From assembly GCA_963575745.1 (NCBI GenBank), contig CAUYUJ010000263.1, positions 1 through 64,000 on the forward strand: a stretch of 64,000 bases of DNA, written 5' to 3'. Positions 22,557-34,650 of this stretch are shown here, piece after piece (the stretch's first letter is position 1; every line of letters starts with the position of its first letter). A program made the translations under genes and the position numbers. A model generated the notes under the pieces. It made no database searches, was not told the origin of the DNA, and saw nothing but the letters and a program-made list of their open reading frames with translations. Source of the stretch: Prorocentrum cordatum (taxonomy: Eukaryota).

Positions 22557-22749
22557 TCGGGGGCGGAAAAGAGGGTGGTGATGACTAGGGGGGGGTGGAT
22601 ATCATGGCGTGGGCCATGATATTTCCCCAGATGTCATGGCGCTTCTTCTTGTTTCATTACGTCCCTGGCCCCCCCGCTGGGCCGCGCACGTGCCGCTGGT
22701 CATGATTTGCACCCCCCCTCTTGGACACCCCCCTCTTGGCCGCTCCCGC
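22557..22749. mobile_element. Second copy of the 6342-6539 MITE
   Basis: Near-identical interior and TIRs; TSD not cleanly preserved. Confidence 0.75.
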
Positions 22750-23709
22750 ATCTTGCCCTCGGGGTTGCTCTGCTTGATCGTCCAGTGCACACCTTTCGTG
22801 GAGCAACTGGTGTGTGGGCTGCACCTTGCCTTGAAATCTGCCGTCTCTCCGTTGCTCTGCTTCGTTCAGGAGACGAAAAAACACACAAACACAATTAATC
22901 GTCGACTCCCCAGAAAATATGGGAAAATATGGGAATTGGGGGGAAGACGAAAACCCCAAAAATATGGGAAAATATGGGAGATAGTTTCATTTGTGTGTAT
23001 TTATTTGTGTGTCCCAGGGCCCCTTCATTCGTCCTCTCCGCGTCGTATGCCCGCCCCAAACCCACCAGCTCCGCGCCAATCATGTCCCCGCAGTCGCTGA
23101 TCGAGAGGTGGTCGTACACGCCCACCTCGAGATTGGCCATCAAGAGATCCGCTTGCGCCTTGCACAGATCTGTCGTGCTACTCTTTTTTCTTCTCCTTCG
23201 TCTTCTCCTTGGGTGCCGTGGATCCAGATTGAGCCGGGCTTCGCTGAAGAATCTGATCTGGACTGGACCATGGGATTTTTATTGGAGCCCCTCTCTTCGT
23301 GGAGTGCTCGTGCATCTGGTCCTGGACGACTGCTTAAGAAAACGCTTGGAGTGAAGTCGACTGTCTTGACGAAAAATGTTTTTGACGCTGACCTGGGGTG
23401 TAACACATGTGACGTTCTGCTCTATGACAGTCCTGAACCGTCCCAAGAAGAACATACATACATAAAACCAAAACAACAAAACAAAACAAACACCGTTTCT
23501 GGTGCTTGAACCATGAAGACATTTGAAGTTCTTACCAGGTTTCAAGGAAGTGTGTGCGCGGCGTTGAGGCGAGAGCCACAATTTGAATACGACCTGGCCT
23601 CAATCCGCGAAGTTCTGGCAACGATTTGAAACACATGTGTGCGGCGCTAAGGCGAGAGCCACATTCTGAAAACGGCCCGCCCTCAACCAGCGAAGCTCCA
23701 GCATTTTTT

Positions 23710-24800
23710 CCCGGAAAGGGCTTAAGCCCAGGGTTCTCTTTTAGTAGGTAAACCTAGTCCCCCGGTGCCTGCTTGAAGGAGGCCGGCGAATTTTTTCCCT
23801 GATAAATAACGAGGTCGAAGGAGGCCGGCGAATTTTTCCCTGATAAATAACGAGCCCGCGAATTAAAATTTGAGGATGTCTCGAGCGAAACGCTTGTTTT
23901 TGAGCGCCCGCGAATTAAAATTTGAGGATGTCTCGAGCGAAACGCTTGTTTTTGAGGCCGGCGAATTAAAATTTGAGGATGTCTCGAGCGAAACGCTTGT
24001 TTTTGAAATCCCGACCTCACCACACCCCAGCACGACCACACCCCAGCACGACCTCACCACAGCACGACCACACCCCAGCACGACCACGCCCCAGCACGAC
24101 CACGCCCCAGCACGACCACGCCCCAGCACGACCCTACCCCAGCAAGACCACACCCCAGCACGACCACACCCCAGCACGACCTCACCACAGCACGACCACG
24201 CCCCAGCACGACCACGCCCCAGCACGACCACGCCCCAGCACGACCACGCCCCAGCACGACCACCCCCCAGCACGACCACACCCCAGCACGACCACACCCC
24301 AGCACGACCACACCCCAGCACGACCACACCCTAGCAAGACCACACCCCAGCACGACCACACCCCAGCACGACCTCACCACAGCACGACCACACCCCAGCA
24401 CGACCACGCCCCAGCACGACCACGCCCCAGCACGACCACGCCCCAGCACAACCACCCCCCAGCACGACCACCCCCCCAGCACGACCACACCCCAGCACGA
24501 CCACCCCCCAGCACGACCACACCCCAGCACGACCACTCCCCAGCACGACCACACCGCCTTGGTTGAGTGGTTGCCTGTCGTCGTGGAATGTTTCGTGGGG
24601 TGTCTCGTGGAATGTTTCGCGGGGTGTCTCGTGGAATGTTTCGTGAGGTGTCTCGCGGAATGTTTCGTGAGGTGTCTCGTGGGATGTTTCGTGAGGTGTC
24701 TCGTGGGATGTTTCGTGAGGTGTTGCCCCGTTGGGTCTCGTGAAAACGTGCCCATGCTCCACATGTCTATATCCCTTTCCGGGTTCGTGGGTCCATCATG
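23710..24800 (+). mobile_element. Asymmetric-TIR element, copy B
   Basis: TTTTTT|CCCGGAAAGGGCTTAAGCCC ... CCCTTTCCGGGTTCGTGGGTCCATCATG|TT. Confidence 0.8.
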
Positions 24801-25246
24801 TTGTCGTATTGTCAGTGCTTGCGCGTTGTTGTCTGTCGCCGCCGTTCCGACACCGTCTGTTGCTTTGTAATTTCTCGGTGATGCAACAAGCCGCCCACCT
24901 CGCGATCCAAGAATCGGCCCGGGGCGTCGGCACGGGCATCGCGCTGTGGGGCGGCGCGCCTGGGTGTCCGCCGTGTGCTCCGCAGCTGCATTGCCAGGCG
25001 CCGACGCCGTAAGTGTGCTCCTGCGTCGGCCCCAGGTGGACGGCCATCATCTCGGCCGTCGTTCTCTTGGCGGCAGGGGTGTTCTGTGCCTTCGCGGCGG
25101 GGGCCAGCTGGCAGCGGGCTCAGCCATGTGAGCCGCCCGCGCCCCCGGCGGCGGACGACACCCTCGGGCAGTTGGCCCGCCGGCAAGCGCTGCTGGGCAG
25201 GCGCCGCGACCCAAGACCCCAGGGCGATCGAGTCCGACAGTGCCTG

Positions 25247-26620
25247 ATGGCACAGGCGCGGGCAGGGCAGTTCGTGCTGGTGGAGTACGATGTGGGCGGC
25301 CCGCGCGTGCTACACCAGAGGCTGGTTGTGACCGCGGGTGCGGGTCCGCCCCGCAGGTTCTTCGGGGTCTCGCCTGATGGTCTGATGGTGACTACTATGC
25401 AGAGACGCCGTTGGTCGAGGGCGACTACATCAGGGCCTATTTTCGTCCAAGAAACGGCCCGAGCGCTGCCCGAGGGCGTCGATCCCCATATAGTGTACGG
25501 TTTCGACGACATGCCAGACAAACTGTACTCTGACAGGCTGGCCCTGATCGGCGCGGCGGAGATGCAGGTCGACCCGCCCGAGCTGCCTCTGCACATCGCT
25601 TGAGCCGTGCCGCAGCGGGATTACTCCGACGGCCCGCCGCTGGAGGACGCCGCGGCGCCCGGGCATGGGAGCGAGGGTCTGGCGCTGGAGCCCCCTCCTA
25701 CTCCTGTGCGGCCGGGCTCGGAGGCAGGATCCGCGGTCCAGGACCGGCCAGGGGCCCCCCCCCGGTGCCCGGAGTGCGCCCGCCTGCGCCAGGACCCGCG
25801 CCCCGCCAGCTGCTGCTGCCAGCGGCGCGGGAGACGGGGGAAGGCGCCCTAGTTCCCCTTGTTGGACCTGCGGGGGCGCTGGGGGCTGGCACAGTGCCGC
25901 CGCCGACGGCGCCGACCCTGCTGAAGCGGCGCGCCCTGGAGGCACTCGCGGGGTATCAGGAGTGCAACCTGGTTGCTCACCGCTTGCCGCTTGGCGCTGT
26001 CTCCCTTGGCGACCGTGCGATCGTCCAGGCGGGAGGCCAGCCGCTCGCGATCGGTCAGATGACGGCGGAGGACGCGGCGGCCCTGGCGGAGGGTGATCTT
26101 CGAAAGGTGCCACTTTTCTTCGACCAGCAGGGCGAGCGTCGCAGGACGATTGCAGACGTGGCGACTCTCTCCAGCGAGAAGGCCGTGCCTGGCGGGTTCA
26201 GAGTGGCGGGTCCTCGCGCGCTAATTTGGATGCTGAAGTATGTTCGAGACAACGGGGGGGCCTTCTTCGCCGCGCACGAGATACGGGCGCGCACGAGCAA
26301 GGTCGCCGCTGGCTGCAGGAACGTCTACGAACACAAAATAGTGTCCAGGGTGCTAAACGTCGCTGCGTCGCAAGACCAGCTCAACCATCCGTCGCTGGAG
26401 TCCTTCGAGCTCCTGTCCCGGCGCATGGCGCTGATCAAGGAGGCGCGCAGGCTCAACCCAGCGCGGCCTGATTACAGCATGGCAGACTTCTTCATGGGCT
26501 GGGGGGCTCGCTCAGGAGGCGCCGCCATCGCGCCGCAACTGGTCGCCCACGTCGCCTCGGAGGCGTGCCACAAGTCGGCTATCGCGAAGGGGGCCCGAAG
26601 GGCGCGGGAGGAGAGCAGCA
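25247..26620 (+). pseudogene. ORF1 (gag-like) of the YR retroelement, frameshifted
   Basis: AGQFVLVEYDVGGPRVLHQRLV..FFGVSPDG; DLRKVPLFFDQQGERRR; GPRALIWMLKY; YEHKIVSRVL..DQLN..SLESFELLSRR; PDYS..FMG; AIAKGARRAREE. I recognise this pattern from abundant dinoflagellate repeat-derived proteins (from memory, not searched). Confidence 0.55.
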
Positions 26621-27123
26621 GCGCCCCGCGCGGCCCCCCAAGGGCGCGGGCCGCGGGGGCGGCGGCAAGGCCGGCGAGTGCCAGAACCCCGCAGGGGCTT
26701 CATGACGCGCAGAGGGCCTCGGGGATGGCAGATGGGCGCGCCGGCCCCTTTGGCGAGGGGGCCCCACTATGCCCCGGTCGCGGGCTCGCAGGACCCGAGA
26801 GCTGCACCGCGCGACCTCTTCCCTCTTCCGAGGCTCGATGAGAACCTGGCCGCGCGCGGGGGCATGTCGCGCCCCGTTCGCCATGGGCTGAAGTTGCGTC
26901 GCGCCAAGGGCCAGCATGCGGATGCCATGATCGACTCCCCCAACTGGCTCTGCGGCGGGGAGCGCGGCCTCGCCGGGCCTGGCGTTTCTACCAGCGCTGC
27001 GCAGCGTGAAGCCCAGTTCTGCTTCGACATGCGGGGGCTGACGATGGTTACCCCGCTGCCGACTCGAGAAGCCACCCGCGTGCTTCTCCGTTCTGACCTT
27101 GGCCACGACGGTGGGGGGGGGGG

Positions 27124-28660
27124 ACGTGCGTCAATTTTCATTGAACGAACTGATTTTCGCGTTGAGAAAGATGAAGAACGGAAAAGCAGCTGGCCCTGAT
27201 GACGTACCACCAGATTTTTGGAAGGTTGCATCTGCAGATGTACACGCTTGCCAAGCACTATTGCACGTTTGTCAGCGGTGTTGGCCCCAGAAAGACACAC
27301 CGGAAAAATGGCGCATGGCGAATGTCATTTAGCTTTTCAAGAAAGGAGACGCAAATTTACCAAGCAACTATCGTCCGATCTCGTTGCTCTCGGTGGGATA
27401 CAAAGCCCTCGCGGCGATGTTGCATCAGCGACTGCTTCAAGGAGGTGCAGAAGATCGATTACGACACTCACAGTTTGGATTCCGGCCTCGCCGGGGCACC
27501 GCCGACGCGCTCGTGCTTGTGAGGCGCATGATCGACGCAACGCTGATGAATAGCAACGGTGGCATTATTTTGTTCTCCTTGATTGGGCCAAGGCGTTCGA
27601 CCGATTGAAGCCAGAGTGTTTGTGCGCAGCTTTGACAAGGTTTGGGCTACCGCAACCTTTCGCGCGAATGGTCAGAGGAATTTATTCGCGCAGGTATTTC
27701 ACTATACTAGACCATTGTGGTAAATCTTCGCAACGACGCCAAGCTGCCGGCATTGCGCAGGGATGCCCGTTGCCACCGTATTTATTTATTACTGTGCAGA
27801 CGGTGATGCTTCAGGACGCTCTGTCGGACCTGCGCCTTCAACAAGATCCAGGCTATGTGGTCTCTAGGGATATTCTGTACGCCGACGACGCTGCGTTGGC
27901 ATCTCAACATGAAGGAAACCTACAGATCATGCTGGGCGCAATCGCGGCAGAGGGGCGGAAGTACGGATTGGAATTGAGTTGGGACAAAACGGTGCAACTT
28001 CAAATCGGTTCTGTTGGCTTTGTGAGAACGCCGGATGGGGGCCCGATCAAGATTGTCAAGGAAGCTATTTTTTTTGTGGGCTCTTAACTATTGACGGACG
28101 CGCTGGCAATGAACTTTCGAGACGACTTGGAGAAGGCAGAAGTGTTGTTCAACAACTTACTAACTTGTGGACACACTCCGCGGTTGGTTGGCGACGCAAG
28201 ATACTCATATACAACAGCTGCGTGCTCAGCAAACTATTGTACTTGTTGGATTCGCTGTGGCTTCTCAAGCACGACAGAGACAGGCTCGACGCATTCCACT
28301 GCACATGTTTGCGCCGCATTTTAAGGGTCCCACATTCTTACATCTCGCGCGTCAGCAACGTGAACGCACTGGAGAGAGCTGGATCACAACCTTTGTCCTC
28401 AATCTTACGTGAGCGGCAAGTGCAACTCTGCCGGGGAATTGCTTCTGAGACCGGCGGGTCGCTCGCGAGGCGCATTGTGTGCAATCGCAACGGCACGCCC
28501 AAAAATTGGGCTGGCCGCAGACGCCGGGGGCGCCCCAGACAGCAATGGGCAGCCTCTGTGTCTCGAAGCATAGCTGTCTTGTGACGTCACGCATGAATGC
28601 CGAACTTTTTAATACGCCTACGCGTCTGTAAGGGATGCAAGGCCGCAGTCAGTCAGTCAG
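27124..28660 (+). mobile_element. 5'-truncated LINE (RTE-like) reverse transcriptase, pseudogenised, with a (CAGT)n 3' tail
   Basis: KNGKAAGPD; in-frame TAG at 27330; NYRPISLLSVGYK; QFGFRPRRGT; LDWAKAFD (after a frameshift at ~27570); GIAQGCPL; YADD at 27878-27889; frameshift in the T-run at ~28070; RRRRGRPRQQW; stop at 28584; CAGTCAGTCAGTCAG at 28646-28660. Confidence 0.92.
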
Positions 28661-28792
28661 AAGTAGCCGCGCGCCTTCAACGCGAGGAAGCTCGATTATC
28701 CCGCCCCCTCAGGGGCTTTTGCCTGTCCGCCATCGCCTTCTTGCTGATCGACCTCTCAGCGTCGCTGAGCCCGCGCCTGGAGCACCTCGAAC

Positions 28793-31500
28793 AAGAAATT
28801 TGTTGAGGAGATCTTCTCGTGCTCTAAGCACCTCTCGTTTGCTGCGGCCCAGCGTGGGCGCAGATGTTACGCCGTTGATGTACGCGGCCCGCCCAGACGG
28901 AGCGTCCTACGGCTCAAAGCGTTCGAAGCCATCAAAGCTCTCAGCGTGCGCCCCGATTGCAAGCTCGTCTGGATGGGTGCCCCCCGCGCGTCGTGGTCGA
29001 GAGCGAGACGGGGGGGGGGGGCCCCCCCCCCCCCCCCCCCCCTCAGGGATTCCAGCGACGGCCTGCGCGGACATTGTGGTCTCAGCGACTCGGATGCTCA
29101 AGAGGTCAAGGTCGAAAACCAACTGGTGAGAATATCCGCCGGACTAGCTCGCGAGGCTGCCGTCTTCCGTCGTCAGCGCATCGTAGGAATCCTGGCAAGC
29201 TCGAGGATACGGCTGACTTCTGAGTTCTTGTGATTGGAGGGCATAGGCTGGGTAAAATACCAATGTAGCTTTTGTGGGTGCGGTACCCCCTGGCTGAACA
29301 AAAAAACACTTGTTTGTTGGCCCGCTCTGCCCCAGGGCTCGCTGAGCTCCTCAGGCGTCGCATGAAAGCTGGGCGCTGCGGTTTTTCCCGGAAAGGGCTT
29401 AAGCCTAGGGTTCTCTTTTAGTATGTAAACATGTCCCCCGGTGCCTGCTTGAAGGAGGCCGGCGAATTTTTTCCCTGATAAATAACGAGGTCGAAGGAGG
29501 CCGGCGAATTAAAATTTGAGGATGTCTCGAGCGAAACGCTTGTTTTTGAAATCCCGATCGATAAATCACAGGGTGCGGGCCACTTTTTCGTGTGTTGAGG
29601 ATGTCTCGAGCGAAACGCTTGCTCCGCAGAGTTTGCCGAGGATGTCTCGAGCGAAACGCTTGTTTTGCAGAGCCGACCGCGACGCGGAAAAGCGCCCCGC
29701 GCGAAGGAATTTCGATGATGTCTCGACTAATTCCTTTGTTTTTGTACGATTTCCTGGAATTTTGGCAGGATGTCTCGAGCGAAATGCACGACCCCACCCT
29801 AGCACGACCATACCCCAGCACGACCACACCCCAGCACGACCAGACCCCAGCACGACCCCACCCCAGCACGACCCCACCCCAGCACGACCATACCCCAGCA
29901 CGACCACACCCCAGCACGACCCGACCCCAGCACGACCCTACCCCAGCAAGACCACACCCCAGCACGACCACACCCCAGCACGACCTCACCACAGCACGAC
30001 CACACCCCAGCACGACCACGCCCCAGCACGACCACGCCCCAGCACGACCACGCCCCAGCACGACCACCCCCCAGCACGACCACCCCCCCAGCACGACCAC
30101 CCCCGAGCACGACCACCCCCCAGCACGACCACCCCCAGCACGACCACTCCCCAGCACGACCACACCCCAGCACGACCACACCCCAGCACGACCACAGCAC
30201 GACCACACCCCAGCACGACCACACCCCAGCACGACCCGATCGATAAATCACAGGGTGCGGAGCACCCCAGCACGAACCCACCCCAGCACGACCCCACCCC
30301 AGCACGACCCGACCACACCCCAGCACGACCGCACCCCAGCACGACCTCACCACAGCACGACCACACCCCAGCACGACCACGCCCCAGCACGACCACGCCC
30401 CAGCACGACCACGCCCCAGCACGACCACGCCCCAGCACGACCACGCCCCAGACCACCCCCCAGCACACCCCCCAGCACGACACCCCCCAGACACGACACG
30501 ACCACCCCCCAGCACGACCACCCCCCAGCACGACCACTCCCCAGCACGACCACACCCCAGCACGACCACACCCAGCACGACCACACCCCAGCACGACCAC
30601 ACCCCAGCACGACCACACCCCAGCACGACCACACCCCAGCACGACCCGATCGATAAATCACAGGGTGCGGAGCACCCCAGCACGAACCCACCCCAGCACG
30701 ACCCCACCCCAGCACGACCCCACCCCAGCACGACCACGCCCCAGCATGACCACACCCCAGCACGACCACACCCCAGCACGACCACTCCCCAGCACGACCC
30801 CACCCCAGCACGACCCCACCCTAGCACGACCACACCCCAGCACGACCACACCCCAGCACGACCCCACCCCAGCACGATCACACCCCAGCACGACCCCACC
30901 CCAGCAAGACCACACCCCAGCACGACCGCACCCCAGCACGACCTTACCACAGCACGACCACACCCCAGCACGACCACGCCCCAGCACGACCACGCCCCAG
31001 CACGACCACGCCCCAGCACGACCACGCCCCAGCACGACCACGCCCCAGCACGACCACCCCCCAGCACGACCACCCCCCCAGCACGACCACCCCCCAGCAC
31101 GACCACCCCCCAGCACGACCACACCCCAGCACGACCACTCCCCAGCACGACCACACCGCCTTGGTTGAGTGGTTGCCTGTCGTCGTGGAATGTTTCGTGG
31201 GGTGTCTCGTGGAATGTTTCGCGGGGTGTCTCGTGAAATGTTTCGTGAGGTGTCTCGTGGAATGTTTCGTGAGGTGTCTCGTGGGCTGTTTCGTGAGGTG
31301 TCTCGTGGGATGTTTCGTGAGGTGTTGCCCAGTTGGGTATCATGAAAACGTGTCCATGCTCCACATGTCTATATCCCTTTCCGGGTTCGTGGGTCCATCA
31401 TGTTTTCAGGCAGGATGCGCGAACAGCTCGTGGGCAAGAACCCGCAGGGCGAATTTCTAACGAGGATCGCTCAGCCGTATCCGTCGGTTCTTCTGCTCCC
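28793..31500 (+). pseudogene. C5-cytosine-methyltransferase-like domain split by copy C (coding parts 28793-29386 and 31403-31500)
   Basis: FVEEIFSCSKHLS (motif I-like); VWMGAPRASWSRAR (motif IV, PC>PR); IVGILASSRI (GIL is one base per codon from ENP); FCGCGTPW; joined across the insertion: GRCGFSGRMREQLVGKNPQGEFLTRIAQPYP. Confidence 0.6.
29387..31402 (+). mobile_element. Asymmetric-TIR element, copy C
   Basis: GGTTTTT|CCCGGAAAGGG ... CCATCATG|TTTTCAGG; long 16-bp satellite. Confidence 0.85.
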
Positions 31501-33598
31501 ATGTTTGTCAGAGGTTGGGTCTCAGATGATGGCTCTATACCACGCGCTCGCCTAACCTATTATATCAGCTGTGCTTCGCGCGTCCAGCACCAAGTTATGG
31601 GGGTCTGGGGTATCTAACCTTGGCGATGTGCTCGCTGCTGCACGCTCGTGGCCTCGCGAATCGCTCCGTGCCAGTGCTGGCGGATATCAGATTGCGGGTC
31701 TCGTGGCCTCACCCCAGCTGGCGATCGTAAAATAGAGGGGTCCATGCAGACATTGTCAGTGCTTGCGCGTTGTTGTCTGTCGCCGTCGTTCCGACGCCGT
31801 CTGTTGTTCTGTAGGTTTTTCGGTGATCCCCAAACCGCCCCTATGCACCCTCCATGATCTCAGACACAGTCTGGGGCATTTAACCTTGGCACTGTGCTTG
31901 CTGCTGCGCGCTCGTGGCCTCGCGAAACGCTCCCGTGCCACTGCTGACGGATATCAGAATGTGGGGTTCGCGGCCTCACTTCGGTTGGCGTTCGTAACAT
32001 AGAGGGGCCCACGCATACATATTCTCCAATCAGAGCTTGCCTCTGTATGGGTCCTAGCGGATTCATATGGTTAGGTTAGGTTTGCCGCTGATTTTCGCCG
32101 CGCGCCTGGGGGCCCGGGTTTGCCCGGGTGCCCAGGGGTGCCCGGGGGGTGCCCGGGGGTGCCCAGGTGCCCGGGCGTGCCCGGGGGTGTTTTTTTGCCC
32201 AATAGCCCAATAGCCTTACAACTCTATAGCACTATAGGGCTATAGAGTTGTAGGGCCCCCTAGCCCTATAGCCCTGATTGGGGCTTTTCGTCTGTGTATA
32301 TATATACACACATGCAGACCTGCCGTCCCCTCCCCCTGCCTTCCCTCCCCCCGCCTCCTCCTCCATCCTCTCTGGAGCGGGTCGCGCGCGACGGGCTCGG
32401 GGTGAGACGACGCCGGCGGCGACGGAGACAACCCGACAGGGGTGTTCATCTGAAGCGAAACCGGTGTCCTTTTCCTCGGCTTTCTCCCTCCCCTCCCCTT
32501 CCCCTCCCCTTCCTCGCCCGCTTCCCGCCCCTCGTGCTCCCCCTGCCTGCCCCCCTCCCGCCCCCCCCCTCTCTCTCTCCCGCTCCTTGCCTCTCCCTAT
32601 CCCCTCTCTTTCTCCTTGCTATGGAAGAGGCTTCGGAAGAGGACACTTGCTCGCCCTGAGGCCGCTGGGCGAGGCAGGGGAGACGAGCGGCAGCGACCCG
32701 CCGTTTATGCTAAAAGCTTGAATCTGCCATAATTTCCGTCGAAGGCAGATGAGAGCCGAACGGTATACCTTTGACTCCCCCCCGGCTTGCCCCCCTAACC
32801 CGCCTTCCACACGCCGCAACAGCATCGCAGCACGCGGACCATTTCCTTCTCACCCCCCTTCGGAAGGCAGGGCCGAATCCCAACACCTTCCGTTGGGGAG
32901 ACCGGGCAGAGCAGAAATTCGCGCGCCTGGTCGTTTCTGCTGGCGGGCTCACTAGAGGTGACCCGTTGGCATACATTTTTCTTTGTTTGCACAAGTACGC
33001 ACGCAACCGTACAGCCCAAACAGTCATAGCGCCGTCAGAGGCGCGACGGGTCAGCCGCGGGGCCACCCCCAGCGGGGCGTAGCAACGCCATGCGTGCTTG
33101 CCTGAGTTTTCGCGGGGAGAACGGCAAGAGGACCCCCCTCGCTCTTTTTCTTGTATACACCTCATCTCTCTTGAAATGTCCAGAGGAGGAAGAGGAGCAG
33201 GAGGAGGAGGAGGTCACTGAAGGCATCGCTGTCGGCGTCGTCGTCGTCGTCATTGCCGCGCCTCTCGTCTGCGCGGACTCTATCTCACACCCAAATGCTC
33301 AGAGACAGAGTTTCTTAGCGAAACGTGACAAGCGGATGAGATGCAGATTTGGGGATCTCCGCGTCGATTAATTGTGTTGCCGGTTTCGGACTCTGGGGGC
33401 CCTCGCCGGGCCCCAGGACTGTCAAACGACGACTCAGGGTGAAGAGCTGCTCCCAGCGTGCAGGGTGGAAGCTTCGGGGGGTCGGCACAACAAAACAAAT
33501 CATGACGTCGGGGGAAGGCCACGGCCTCACCGTCAGTCGGGCGCGCGAGGTGCGCCCTCGGAGACACCGGTTGAGGGTATCGGAATGGGCACCGGGAG

Positions 33599-33755
33599 AA
33601 TTGGCAAGATGCCCAACAGCAGTTCGTCCTCATTTTGAACCAGAATCGCTGTCCGCGCCGCCGCAGACATTGTTCATTGAAATCCAAGAGTCGCCGGCCC
33701 AACAACGGCCGCTGTCGGTTTTCGATAACACCTGCTGTTGGGCATTTTGCCAATT
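33599..33755. repeat. 24-bp inverted repeat pair (MITE-like)
   Basis: AATTGGCAAGATGCCCAACAGCAG / CTGCTGTTGGGCATTTTGCCAATT, 1 mismatch. Confidence 0.6.
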
Positions 33756-34425
33756 TTTGTTCATCCTGGGCGTCCTAATTGAAGTGCTGGTTCCGGGCGG
33801 GGTGTTCTGCGGGGGCGCCCTCCGAAAAGGGCGCATCCTGGCTCACCGCGCCCGTGTCCGCCCCCCCCCCCTCTCCAATGCCAGGGTCTTGGCATCGCTC
33901 CGACGTGTGCGTTTTTCTCGGCGAGGACCATCGAAGAGCATCGTGGGTCATCCTGGCCAGAGGATCGGCGCGTACGACCCAGATGGGCGTCGCGTAGCGG
34001 GGGGGGGACGAAGCGAGGGCTGCAGAAAACGGCTGTTGAGGGCTCCCAAACGGGCCGTTTAGGGCCCCAGAGTGGCTCCTAGGGCCCGAAAAGTGCACGT
34101 GCCCCCCCCCCCCTCCCATGTATCCCCCCCGGTATGCATTGCTCCTGGGCCCCGCATGATCCCATGTCAGGGAGCGGTGTACACGAAGACGGTCGCGCTG
34201 TCGGTTCTGGCCCACCACGCTTCGGTGCGACGCGCTCACCACGCCCCGGTCCCAGGGCGCCAGTGTCCCGAGTTTTTTCTGGGCCTCCCGCCTTGCGAAG
34301 CGGAGCGGCACGCTATCAGTTCACATGGCATAGCGCGCCGCTGGGGCCGCCGTTGCGACACGCTAAGTTATGCCAGAGATCTCGTCGCCCTGGCCTGGGG
34401 TCGTCCTGGAAGCGACGATAGGTTG

Positions 34426-34650
34426 GACGCCCGAGTTATCCGGGGTAACTCGGGTCCGGGGTAACTCGGGTTTGGGTTCCCGAAAGACGAACCCGAGTTA
34501 ACCCTGACCCGAGTTATCCCTGATGATTCGGGGCTCTGGACGCCCGAAATATCCGGGGTAACTCGGGTCCGGGATAATTCGGGTTCGGATTCCCGAAAAA
34601 ACGAACCCGAGTTATCCCTGACCCGAGTTACCCCTGATGATTCGGGGCTC
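34426..34650. repeat. Two tandem ~112-bp units, each a ~33-bp-stem hairpin
   Basis: 34555-34587 pairs with 34602-34634 at 31/33 positions; the first unit pairs 34442-34474 with 34488-34520. Confidence 0.85.

Larger units (their letters stand above)
24808..32020 (+). mobile_element. Decayed tyrosine-recombinase (DIRS/PAT/Ngaro-type) retroelement with split direct repeats and a C5-MTase-like domain; interrupted by a LINE and by copy C
   Basis: A1 24808-24895; ORF1-like 25247-26620; ORF2 start (PRDLFPLPRL) ~26805; recombinase-tail-like ARLQREEARL..FC ~28665-28722; MTase-like 28793-31500; B1 31603-31754, A2 31752-31840, B2 31869-32020. The RT, RNase H and recombinase core are absent. Confidence 0.65.

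Noticed and set aside
27124..28660. This LINE copy as the source of RT for the 14-3-3 retrocopy
   Set aside because: It is truncated and frameshifted, and nothing in the sequence links its family to the retrocopy.
29516..31168. 550-aa PARPHPSTTTPQHDHT ORF and the similar long ORFs at 16397, 38853, 40295 and 41849
   Set aside because: Translation of a stop-free 16-bp satellite; open in several frames on both strands.
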